NCBI GenBank assembly: GCA_965153455.1
Contig: OZ234493.1
Span: 5,084,001-5,148,000, forward strand
Length of the DNA stretch: 64,000 bases
DNA from: Sphagnum compactum
Lineage: Eukaryota
Reading direction: 5' to 3'
Shown one piece after another: positions 12,401-24,604 of this stretch. Every line of letters starts with the position of its first letter. The first letter of the stretch is position 1. A program made the position numbers and the translations under genes. The notes beneath the pieces were generated by a model. It saw only the letters and a list, made by a program, of their open reading frames with translations, did no database searches and had not been told where the DNA came from.

Positions 12401-14664
12401 TTCCATTTACTTTCTAATCCCATTTTCTCTCTCCAACTTTGTTGTGCCATTTTAAATTTTGCTCAAGTTTTTTTTCCTTTAACCTATAGAAATTCAATGA
12501 TGAAAAGTGGGCGGACATGCCCACTTGTAATCTGGTAGAAATTGTGCATAACATCTAGTTGTAACAATCGGGATAACACGACATTTGTCTATGTACATAT
12601 CGACGTCTGACGACTACATTCATGTTGTCAACAATCTACATTATATAGATAATACTTGTAAGGTGGTCCACTTAATCATAGACTTGATAAAAATGAATTG
12701 TTGTTGAAGAGGGCCTGGAAGGATTGAGTGATCCTGCTAGACTTGCGAGGGCTATAACAATTACACGTTTGGGTCATCTTTCACAAATCGCCTTTCGCAC
12801 CTTGAGGGAGAAGAGGTGTTTGGGTTTGCCAATCGACCTGTTGAGTTTCCTCCTAGTGAAGATGAAGTTTCCCATCATCTTAACTGTGTGAATTTTTCTT
12901 GCCCATGAGTAACCATTCTGGCTGTTGAACCCGATATTGTGGACGATGTACATGTTCAACAACTACCATTTGGTTCCATTAATTTGTTGCTTTTGGTTTT
13001 CAAGGTGGCTTGGAATTGAAGGAAAATATTTGTGTTGATGGTTAGTGGTGTATTGAACGCTACCCACCCAAGTATGCAATTTAATGTTTTGCACTCTAGA
13101 ATACCATGGTGTTCAAATGCAAAGCAAGGATCAACCTTTACAAATTTATAAATGGAACTCATGTTCCATGTTATTTAGGTTTTTGGGTTCAATATCATAG
13201 TGGATCACTTAAACACCATAAGCATTGGTTTTGTCTTGATGATTTGAGCCATTGTGTTAATGGGACAACCCAAAAATTCGCAGTTGTTAGGCCTACAATT
13301 CCAATTATATGGCCCATCCAAGAAAGTACATGCTTGACTCAGAAGGAGGTGACAACTTTAGAAGAGGCAGGGTTTTCCTTTATTTCCTACATAAAAACAA
13401 TGCTTGAAGTCTATTTGGCTTCCCATCTTCTAGTTCAAGCAATTTTATGTACATGCTATGAGTTGCCACAACCTTGTGAGGCCGTTTGATGCATGTTGTT
13501 GACCTATAATTCATGGTGGCAAGAAGGTGAAATGGCCTTCTGTTTTCAAATTAACACACCAACAATTGGGACATTAACATCATACTTCTCCAATGCACTA
13601 TTTTCCCCATTGTTGATGTCCCACCACCTGGGTATGGACAAATTTACACTATTCTTTATGATGACAAACAATATGACATCATTATTGGAAATTTCCTTTG
13701 ATGTTCATGTGTCTACTTTGTGGCAATGTTGGCAACTTCTTTGGGTGGTCGTGACGCATATGTGTAATGTAAACATGTGTATCATGTCTTATAAACGATT
13801 ATGTTCTGTGGGTTCACGGAAAAATTCATTCATTATTGCACATGGAGTCGGGATAAAGTTCAACGTTTGTTAATGCACTCTAAAGCGTTTGGATTTTACT
13901 AATAGTACATTACAATTACATTTGCTTCAAATCAATTGTGTTTTTTTCATTCATCAAGCTAGCTGTAATTACTTCAACTATGTAGGAAGTTTAGTTTCTA
14001 ATTATGATTTAATAGTTTTTTCTCCATTGTGTATTATTTCAATAATTCTTATGAGATGTATATGTTCTTTTGTTTTGGTGAATATACATTAGTGGTGTGG
14101 CATCAAAGTATGTGGCTTGAAAAAACTTTATACATTTGATTAACAATAAAATCTTTGACAATCATAACGTGCTTCCTTGTATATATCTTTTTATGTAGAA
14201 TATCGTAGTACCTTGCCATTGTAGCACATGTAACTTGTCAAAGAACTAATTTACATAATTAATTTGAATTCATCAAATATTTTTCAAACATGTAGTTTCC
14301 TATCATTTCAACAATTTTGAAAATATTGAAGTTATCAAATAAGAGCCCTAGATATTTGGAACGCACCAAGAATGATAACATGCATATGTGTATTTTCTTT
14401 TGACTTCAAACTTGCACATAATGCTACTATCAATAGTTATGTTGCTTAAATCCATGTTTATAGTCAATAAATTATTGTTGATTCCACAACAAATCACACA
14501 CGTGACATGACAAAATATTCCATGTCGTGGAATATTTTGCCACATCACATAAAATTTGCCACTTGGAAAATGAATATATTAAAAATATTACATGACATGG
14601 CATGGAATATTCCTTAATATGTCACGGATGTACTTACATGCCACCTTTTAAGTGATGGCCCCCC
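9470..14664 (+). mobile_element. Degenerate Mutator-like (MULE) element; transposase pseudogene about 10800-13890 with GCM/WRKY-like Zn domain, DDE core and SWIM finger
   Basis: MQGMDRKYDGH..LRCVHDDC..GCKFC..IHLKVHNH (about 10970-11340); DHVKHVASWT..HVYNPAY..TITVCDM..FKGFMANSA..CLFH* (11780-12100; CxxH of MULEs); TCNLVEIVHN (about 12525); CSCVYF..CKHVYHVL SWIM (about 13700-13790). Probable intron 12341-12489. Exact 17-bp inverted pair at 9470-9486 / 14529-14545. Many stops and frameshifts. Confidence 0.75.
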
Positions 14665-16843
14665 ATTTGATTTTGCCACCCTTTGTTTTAGATTTTTTGG
14701 TGCACCTTTTCAACATTGATTATTATAATGAGGTTTTGGTAACAACCCTTTGAAAGATTTGAAACTACACACCTGGACATGAATATGAATGTGCTTGCTA
14801 TTGATAAGAGCTTTTTCCAAGGCTATTTATGCATCTACTTTAACTTGGGTCTTCAACTTCAATTGAATGGACGGAACATCATGGTTTTCAATCTACCAAT
14901 TCAATTCCTTTGATAATTGGGCATTAGCCAAATTGGGATAAAAATGGGCTTCTTTGTTCTTTTGTCAATGGGACCATTCGGGCACCCTTTAAACTTATGG
15001 TCAAAAAAACATAGTTTACTTGACCATTTCCTTCCTCAAAACACACACTGGAAATCAAAATGATCCTTGTTCCCATTTAATGGGATCACCCACGATAAAA
15101 ATATTTGCAATAGAAGTTCATTATAAAGTTTAAGAATGACCCATTGCTCTATAAATCAAGTAGGTGTTAATGTCACATAGTATTGCAAAGACCCTTCAAA
15201 CCCATTTGTCCCTCCTATTTCCTTTTTTTTGTAACCATATTAGACAAAATATCCAAAATATTAAATTCTTCCAACTCCCATTGGATTTTGTGTTGCTTGT
15301 TATGGCGATTTAAACCCACCACCATGTTAGAAAAACTATCTAACAATTAGTTGTGCAAAATTTTTAATGCAACCTAATGATAAAAACCTTATACATTTTT
15401 TGTTTGTTTGTTTAAGGGCTTCAAATTCCCACAAACTTTCAACCCTTTGTAATACATTCAAAGCTCACAAGTTTGTAACACCAAATCATGGGTTTGCAAC
15501 ATTAGAAATAGTGTTTGACACCCACGTCATCATGACTACGTGTCTCCCGCCAAGTGTTGTTATAGTAGTGATTCCCATGTTGTAGTTCACCCCATGTTAC
15601 ATCGCAAGATTTAGAAGAGGATAATACCTAAATGTGAACACTTAGATGAGCTAATTTTGCATGCATTTAAATGCACACTTGGATCATTATATATTGTGTG
15701 GTGCCCTTCACAAATTGCGACCTTGGTATGCAATATCAAAGACAAATGCAAAAATGTTTTTAAAAACTTTTTCCAAGCATTTATAACAAACTAAAAACAA
15801 AATTTGAAATGAAAACCTAATGGTCTCTTTCAATGGAGATCATTGAAGTTCTACCAAATATTTTTTATCTGGCTAGACCCTAACCAATGACACTTTCACA
15901 AATGTTAACAAATACATTATTATCAAGTTCTAATAATGTATTTGCAACATTTGTGGAAACACACATATAGGAGAAACCTTGGCACAATTCCATGACAACC
16001 AACATTGAACGAACTTACAACAAAATTGAAATTCCTATGTCAACCTTGTGATTCAAGAAAAAACACAAAATCAACAACCACCTAAGGTAGAAAAGTTGTT
16101 CCACCACGAAACTCATAGTAGCATTGAGGTTGTACTCAAGTTGTTGGAGGATCAAAGGTGTTGCAACAAGCACAAAATGGTGGTGCCAAAACACTTACGT
16201 AAAAATGATGTGAAACGGAAACCCTAATGGGTGGAAATGGCATCCCATGGCATGTTGTTTGCATGCATTCCATGATGATGGGGATGGTATGGCAAGTTAC
16301 AAAATGGGCATAACATCCTCATGTTACGCAAAGGACACCCTTGGGACCAGGTTTGGGGGGAAGGGTAATGGGAACGAGTGAGGGCAAAACATGTCAGCCA
16401 GTACTTCTGTACTGGACGCATCAATTTCTTTGGCCTGTTTAATATTTTTCACTGGCTAGGTCTGGAGAAATTAGGTCCGGGAAGTTAGGTCCAGGTCTTC
16501 CCTTTCAAAATAGGTCAAAATGAAATTCTCTGTGTGTTTGCCCTTTAATCTGTTTCTCTCGTCTGTTGTCTGTGTTACTGTGATCAAGGTGGTGTACGGT
16601 TTTGGTGGTAGGTGGGTGGGGGTGAAAAATGTCAATTCCAGTTTCATTGTGCACGGAAAAAGCTCAGAAAATTCACGGCAGAAAGGCCAAATCCCGGAAA
16701 CCAAAAAGGAATCGCAAAGGAAGAACGCAATCGGTCCCCCCATAGATTCGCAGAACGATCGGGAATGACGGAACGAAGAATGTATCCGGACGCTGATGAA
16801 CGGAGAGAGACGATCGTCGCGGCAGGCAAGGGAAACGAATGAT

Positions 16844-16867
16844 GAGAGAGAGAGAGAGAGAGAGAGA
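16844..16867 (+). repeat. (GA)12 microsatellite in the CpG-rich promoter/5' UTR region of the OPA3-like gene
   Basis: Read directly; lies in the CpG-rich stretch of about 16.6-17.5 kb. Confidence 0.9.
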
Positions 16868-17373
16868 AGGGTGGTGGTGAGGAGAAAACCTAGGGCGCAA
16901 GCAAAGGGTTAGGTTTCCTTAGAGGAGATGGCGGACGGACTACGCTGTTGCTGTCGCTTCCCCTTCCTCCCCCCTTTGACAGATAGGTGTACGCATATGT
17001 AGCCTTCAAGAGATCCAGAACTTTCCAGAGAGCTTGCTTTACTCTGCTTCTTCTTGCGATAGAGTGGAAGCAGTGGTGGCGGACTAATAAGAAAGTGGCG
17101 GGGTTTGCAGGGACGAGTGTTTCTTCATCATGTTCTCGATCCCGTGTTGTTGTTGGATGTTATCCGCTTGATGTCTACGTAGATTCGTATTCTTTTGGAG
17201 CTGGAATTGCACTTACTGAGAAGAGGCTTCTCTTTTTCCTTGGTGAAACAAACAGTCGTGTCATGATGATGATGCCGCAGCAGCAGAAAAGCTTGAGGGT
17301 TAGAAAGGTTTAGGAACTAACCGCAGGGAAAAAGGATACAAGAAGCGAGAGAAAAACCACAGGGACAGACGGG

Positions 17374-18776
17374 ATGATATTGCCGTTCGCAAAGCTTGGT
17401 ACGCTAGTCTTGAGGACGTTGAGCAAGCCCTTGGCTACGCGGTTGAAGCAGCAGGCGGCACACCATCCTCGGTTCCGTGAAATCATCATCAATTTTGCTC
17501 AGGTGTATGCTGCTGCTTCCTTTCTTTAATTTGGCATTGCATCGCTTCTTTCTTGCACCTGCCAATCACCAGGGCTATGTCTTTAATTGTTCATACTCTC
17601 TCCAGACATTGCCTCTTCTGAAGTGAATCATGACAGAGTTCTTCTGTGTGGAATTCTGAAGTTCCTGCGGTTGGAGACTCTCTTGTTCCATTATTGGGTA
17701 TAAGCTCTCTTAGGATGGGCTTGTTGTTTGTTTCTCCTGCTTTGTAAGCTTTTGTCTGCTCCAGAAGAGAATTATTGTTGGGCTTCAGAATTTTTGAAGG
17801 ATTCTCTGTCTCTGAGAATTTCACTGCTCCAGTGTCACTCGGTCTGTAGATAGCCTGGAATTGCCAGACCAATAAACTGATGGAGTTGAGAAAGCACATT
17901 TTGAACTTCAATCTGACATTTTGCTGTATGATGATCAATCTTGGAAGTACAAATCTTGGTCTGATGCAGTGCAGAAACCCATTTATCTTTGCTATCGTGT
18001 AGCTGGACTGGTACAACAGTTTATTTGGTTTTCTTGACGGGGTCAAGCCATCCAAGGTTGCAAAGTCTTGTATTGATACTAAGAGGCGGGCATTCTAGAG
18101 GTGCAGTCAAATCACAGGTTCCAGGTGAATTTGCAAAGGCGAATCTATGGCCATGCTACTGATGTTGAGATTCGACCTCTGAATGAAGAAAAGGCTGTAC
18201 AGGCAGCTTCAGATTTTCTTGGAGAAGCATTTATTTTCTCGGTAATCATTAAGCCATCAAGTCTGCCTGCTGAACTTGTTGTTTGTGTTCCTCAGCCTCC
18301 AGAGCATTACAAACTAGTCTGAGGAATTGCTAAGTTGCCATTCAGTCTTCTGGCAGGTTGGAGGAGCTGTTGTGATATTTGAAGTCTCACGGAGTGCTTT
18401 ATCTGAAGCTCGGAAGGAGGAATTCCGCAAGAAAGAGTTATTGGTAAATATGTCCTCTAGCTTTCTGTGGGTTTTGTGCTGTCTGCTCAGAAAGGCCATA
18501 AGTTTCTGTTGACAACCATCTACTTTGTAAGTTGGGATTTTGAATCAGATTTGTTTTGATTACCAGGATCTGCGGCACAGAGATGAGATTGTAGCACAAG
18601 AGCTTGATTCATTGCGGCAGCGGTTGGACGAATTGGAGAAAGCAGTCAGAGGACGAGGTTTTGCAAGTTGGAAACTACCAGGCCTATCCCATGGTGAAAT
18701 CCATGGTGAAGAGAAACAACCATCACGACCTTTGTTTGCGGAACCTTCCCCTGAGACAGCTCCAACCACTGTTTAA
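17374..18776 (+). CDS. OPA3: OPA3-like protein, 186 aa; exons 17374-17502, 18107-18241, 18357-18443, 18567-18776
   Basis: Spliced product MILPFAKLGTLVLRTLSKPLATRLKQQAAHHPRFREIIINFAQ|SNHRFQVNLQRRIYGHATDVEIRPLNEEKAVQAASDFLGEAFIFS|VGGAVVIFEVSRSALSEARKEEFRKKELL|DLRHRDE..ELDSLRQRLDELEK..*. Has the OPA3 KLGxLxxxTLSKP and IRPLNEEKAV motifs and a C-terminal coiled coil. Three phase-0 GT-AG introns, no stops. Confidence 0.95.
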
Positions 18777-20639
18777 ACACATTCCTGTTCATGGAGATTA
18801 ACACAACAAAATTTCCATAAGATTGGATACCTTTTTGAATTTGAATGAGATGATTAAAAATACCATGAATTTTAGATGAATATGTCACTGTGAGGTTTGT
18901 GCACATTATTATATTCTTATCAGCACATCTGTCAGGGAATGAAGTAAGCGGAGATAGTGGCAGTAGTCCACTGTCATTTCATTAGGAATGGGAAGGTCTG
19001 CTACTTTGTGACTGGCGATTGCCACAATATCACTGCACTTGCTCTTGTTGGTTTGTTAACCGTCTTGTTAAACAGGGGTTATAGGATTAGTGTATAAAAT
19101 ATTCACAAACACACAGGGTCCTTGGTGTAGGCTTGAGTGTAGGTGTGAAGAAAAAACTCTTACCAATGAGATTCTTAGAAAGGTTGAGGTGGATTGTTTT
19201 TCTGAGTTATCTTGAGTGAACTAACAGCCAAATATGCAAATAGGATTTTATAGGTTTCAGAGAATTCCAATGACCAATTGGAGTTCCTGAATAGTGGTGT
19301 TTTTTTCAATCTATGTGAGAATAGGGTAATTTATAGGAGTGACAAAATACTCTTTCACGCCAATGATATTCTTAGAATTGGAGATGAAACAGCAGCGAAT
19401 GGCCACTGCCACAAAACTTTGTTTCTTGTCTTGCTGTCTTGCTTTGCAATACTCTTGCAAAGTGACCTCTTGAAATGTTGCAAAACGAGCTCCTCAAATG
19501 ATTGTTAATTTTGGGCATTAACTTTGCAGAATAGCTTAAGACTGGTTTCCTGTGTGGGAGGGAGGTGCATTCCATGGCTTTGTGTGGATGGCAGATCAAT
19601 GATTTAGATGGTTGATAGGAAACAAGTCCTGTAACTTACACATACATGATCTGGATTGGAGAAAAAATACCAGTATGGATTTCTAGATTGGAGAATTTTA
19701 GAATGATGGAACTTGAATGCCTATTTCACATCAATGCTCAACTTTGGATGAACTGTGGTATTGGATGAAGTTGGCAGCACGATTCGCAAGCTCACTTGAT
19801 TATTTGTGGAAGCAGCAAGGAACCTTCACCACAGCCATTTGAACACCATGCATAATTAAAGCAGGTGGATAGAAGGTACATGTTGAATAAAGTAGAGGGA
19901 TAAAGCAGCAGAAAAAGGTTATTTTTCGTATTCTTGGTTTGCACATGAAGCATGCAACTAAGAACAGTACATCTCTCACCCCTCAGTTTCTTGAATTTTT
20001 GGTAGTTTGTGGTCAATGTGAGCATTCCTGCTTTCTACTGGCATAGGACTGTTGGAAACGTTTATAGGCAGGTGGCTTTCTGGTTGCTGGTAGCATGTTG
20101 GAGCAAAGTGTCCAACAAATTATGGACATAGGTGGAGGAAAATCCAGGACCCAAACATGTGGTTTCTCAATATCTCCATGGAATGTGGAGTGGTGTGGAT
20201 TATAGGCTCTTTCTTTGGCCTGCCTCTGCCAATGCTGATCTTCAAAGCTTTCTCCTGTTAAACTGTCAATCTACAAGAGGAAGTGGATTGGTGATAGGTG
20301 GTTAAGCCTTCATGAATGTTGACCATTGATTGGGCATGCTTTACAGTTGATCAATCTTTAAATGGGACTAATTAATGGCCAGAGTGAACCAGCCCCCATG
20401 ACTGCACCAGTTGGCCGTTCTGTCCATAGGATGGGCTGGATGATTCGCCTCTTTTTCATTCATCTCTTTATCTTATGTTAACCAACATTCTACCACAATC
20501 AATCTTTTTTGGCTGCTGACCTTTGATCATTTTATTTTTTCATTGCCAATTTTTTTCCAACCTTGACCTCCATACTACCCACCCACCTAGCTACTCTACT
20601 AACCTAAATCTTAGCCCTGCCTATGAACTAACAATTACT

Positions 20640-21125
20640 TACCTTAGCAAAACTCTTATTTCCTCTTGGTTAAACATATATTTCTTCTTGGCTAAACTTC
20701 TATCTCTTGACAAAACCTATATATTTTATTGCCTAAATTTCTATCTCTTGGCTAACCTATACATTTTATAGGCTAACTTATATTTCTTGGCTAAACCTGT
20801 ATTTCTTTTTTACTAAACTTTTATCTTTTGGTTAAACGTATATTCTTTTTGGTTAAACTTATTTTTTTGGCTAAACTTCTATCTCTTGGTTAAACCTATA
20901 TATCTTACTGGCTAACTTCTAATTCTTGGCTAAACTTATATTTTTGGGTTAAACTTATATCCCTTTGCAAAACCTATATATCTTCTTAGTTCAAATTATT
21001 TTTCTTAGCTAAACCTATATTTCTTTTTGGTTAAATTTATATCTTTTGGCTAAACCTATATTTCTTCTTGGCTAAACTTCTATTTCTTGGCAAAATCTAT
21101 GTATCTTATTGGTTAAACTTCTACC
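20640..21125. repeat. Degenerate ~20-bp tandem array (TTCTTGGCTAAAC(C/T)TATAT)
   Basis: More than 20 recurrences of TTGG(C/T)TAAAC(C/T)T, flanked by CCTACC-rich repeat sequence. Confidence 0.85.
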
Positions 21126-22194
21126 TAATTCTTATTCTAGAAATTAATTTAAAAAGTAGATAAATTTTTCAGTGATGCCACTTTAATTATTTGCAAAACA
21201 TCTATTTATTGGCAAAACCTACCTACCCCACGTCATCATACCTACCTATGCACTTGCAAATCGTGGATTTCGATTGCAAAAATTATAATGTAATTATGGG
21301 TATTGCAATTGTGAAAATTCTTTTGTTGGCAGTCCTTTACTTCCACTTTGGACCATTTAATGCAAAATGTACTTAAAATTAATTATGGAATAGGCTTGAT
21401 AAATTTAGAGTTAAAAAAAGACATCAAACATTTATGAATATTTGCACAATTTTTAATACTAATCAAAATCAATCCTAGGTTGGATTTTAGGGGGGAAATT
21501 TGGCCAAATCTCCATGTATAAATACTTGCAACAAGATTCAGTTTATCTCTTTTGAAGGTGAATGAAAAAAGTCTCAAGTTGGGCCCTCAAGTTGAAGTGA
21601 CCACATTAAAGGTAAAAGAATAAACTCTTATTTCATTCATTTAATTTATTTTTTTCATTATGTTTCAATTTTAATTCATCATTCATTCCTAGAAGATTAT
21701 TTTGTATGGCATTTGTATATGTTTATATAGTTATTAACTTTTATGACATTTACCATTAAATTTTTTAAAGTTTCTATATAAATATTTTGGGGTAATTAGT
21801 TTTAAACTCTAAGGTTAATGCTTCCATTCATCATAAATTTTAATTGATTAATTTTAAAATTCAAAACATAGTTGTTATAAATGTTTTTTGTATTCCATTT
21901 GTAGTTTTGTTTGTAATCATTAGGTTGAGAACATTTACCATTAGGATTATTTGAGGTTTTAAGTTTAAAGTTTAATGAAATGTGTGTTGATTTATTTAGG
22001 TCGTGTTTTCAAATCAAGATACAACTCCTTTGAATGTTATATCATCCTTTAACATCAACGATGTGATATTTTTTCTTAATCATTTTTTAATTTTTGTATT
22101 GTTTTGTTCCTAATTTAAGGAAATCAATCTCCTTGGATGGTTTTAATACGGTCATCAAATTCCACTAAGAGTGTTCCATGTTTGATATATGGAT

Positions 22195-22820
22195 TCAACA
22201 TTTTGGCCTCCCATAAATAGTGTGGATTTAGGGTCATAATGCCAATATTGCATTTTGCCACTCACATACAGTGTGCATCTATAAATTATTATGCAGGTAT
22301 TGCATTTCCTTCTCCCATATATAGTGCGGATTAAGGTCATAATGTGGGTATTACATTTTGCCCCCACATATAGTTTGCATCCTTAAATTGTCATGCAAAT
22401 ATTACGTTTCCATTTCACATATATAGTGTGGATTAGGGTCATAATGTGGGTATTGCACTTTACCCCCATATACAATGTGCATCTTTAAATTGTCATGTAA
22501 GTATTGCATTTAGGGCTCCCACATATAGTGTGGATTAAGGTCATAATGTGGGTATTGCATTTTACCCCGATATACAATGTGCATCTTTAAATTGTCATGC
22601 AGGTATTGCATTTAAGGCTCCACATATAGTATGGATTAAAGTCGTAATGTGGGTATTGCATTTTTCCCCGATATACAGTGTCCATCATTAAATTGTCATG
22701 TAGGTATTACATTTCTTTCTTCCATAAGTAGTGCAATTTGTTAACTATCATGTGGGTATTACATTTAGATTATCCATAGATAATATGGGTTTAAAATAGA
22801 CTTACGAGTATTGCAATTAA
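22195..22820. repeat. ~102-bp tandem repeat made of two related ~51-bp subunits, ~6 copies
   Basis: ATAGT(G/A)(T/C)GGATT starts at 22217, 22321, 22423, 22525 and 22626. Each half ends GTATT(G/A)CATTT. Confidence 0.9.
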
Positions 22821-23814
22821 AAATTTATAATTATCATATTTTTTCATACTTAACATTTAGGGTATTATGTGCATGATAGTATAGGGTTTAAATGAGGGAT
22901 ACAAATCAAGTACTTGGAACATGTACATTTGCATTAATATTGAATATGACATTTAACATGTAATTCAACATATTGCATATAAAGTTTTGGACATTAACAT
23001 CAATTTATTGTCTTTTCTTGTACAATCAGCTCAAGGCATAGTTTCAAACATGGGTTGTGCTTCAAAATAATAGGATAGTCCTCACTGAAAAGCTTTTTGC
23101 AGATTGTGATTAACTTACAAATGTAGCATTGGCAAACCATTAATCAAGGGTGGGATAAACAACTTAATGCACAAGGGGGAACCATTGAATGTGTTGCAAA
23201 AGTCAATTTCTCTTTGGCCTCTTCTAGCTGCACATAATGTTTAGTATTATGACAATGGATAGCAATGCAACTACTAAAAAAACTACAAGGTTTGACTAGT
23301 TGCCCTTTAGCATTTACTTTTGTGCACATCATCATGGAGTAAATGCCCATGTAGTTTAATACACACCTACATTAGCCACAAAACAAATATGATATCCCAA
23401 AGGACAATATCATGTGTAGTAAACATTTCTGATGTTTCTAATTCAACATTCCTATTTCATGGAACACCACAACACAAAACATATGTTCAATATTATTTAC
23501 AATTACCTTTGATAGTTCAGAAAGAAATAAAATATCAAGACATTTATTTATAACAAGAACAATAGTTTATTCCAGTAAGAACAATGAGAGGATGTTAAGT
23601 TTTTTGTATAGTTTTCACAAACATACCACCAAGAGCAAGATAAAGCAGGGGTTATCTTCTGTGCTAATCAAAAGAATGCACACGAAACCAAAATGGTACT
23701 TCCTAAATGGTCCAAGTTGTAGTTGTTGAATCATAAATCGTAGAAAACATTATCTTCTTTTTATGTGTCACAACTATTATTGAAGTCTCATACATTGTAC
23801 CAATAAAGAAAAAT

Positions 23815-24604
23815 TTCCAAACCAAGATATAGTCTTATGCAAATTTCCAAACATATTGTCCCCAAAAAAGAAATTGCCATCTAAATACATTACATAGTTA
23901 TTGTTGGAACATAGTGGGAAAGTTTACATCTCTAAACATCCAAAAGACCTCTTCTTCTTTCTTTGTATGTGTTGTACTTGTCGTTATTCAATCTTCTTCT
24001 CATTAATTTTTGCCCTGATCAACCATAGAAAGTGAACAACTCATTCACCAGCCTTGGTCTCTTGCTTTTGATGCAATCCCATAACATCCTTTCACAAATT
24101 ATCTTTCTTTGGAAGTGTGATTGATTAGTGTCAACTTGCAAGCTTCTTGTATATGTAGGCTATAATTTGTTTGGTTTCCAAATGTGCAATGGAGATTTGA
24201 TCAAAGTTATCATATTGATCAATGGATTCCCTAAGGCGATTATATGGGGTTCATCCTCAAAATAAAATGAGACCTTATTCACAACATTGTTGTTTACACT
24301 TTGCATTACTATTGTGTATGGCTTCACTAGGACCAGATGTCCTACCTTGCACATCATGTCCACCACATGAGTGTAGTCATATTGAATAGGCGAGTAGCTG
24401 CATTGTCACAAGTTCATCATATTGAGTATACTTATACATGAGCTCTTATTAATGTTGTTGTTCATTGCAGAGACATATAAGTTTTGGAATGTTGATGCAG
24501 GTGATAGACAACAACAAATGTTCCATTAACTTCTCACAACATTATTTAGCAATCATAGTTCCAAGCTTTGTGTAGATACCCAAACAACATGTTCCAACCC
24601 AAGC
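23815..24604 (-). pseudogene. CHC: Clathrin heavy chain pseudogene, copy B, 3' part (downstream of the Gypsy insertion) plus putative 3' tail
   Basis: LGLE../GIYTKLG..EKLMEH..INIPKLICLCNEQQH..YTQYDE; VVDMMCKVGHLVLVKPY..QSVNNNVVN; AYIYKK..SITLPKKDNL; VDQGK. Internal deletions and stops. Confidence 0.85.

Noticed and set aside
16219..16227. AAACCCTAA telo-box or telomeric seed
   Set aside because: Single copy, more than 1 kb from the start codon, expected by chance.
14670..16340. Possible decayed coding sequence upstream of OPA3
   Set aside because: No frame gave a motif I could assign.
17591..18055. 154-aa minus-strand ORF
   Set aside because: Antisense within OPA3 intron 1, non-ATG start, no recognisable motif.
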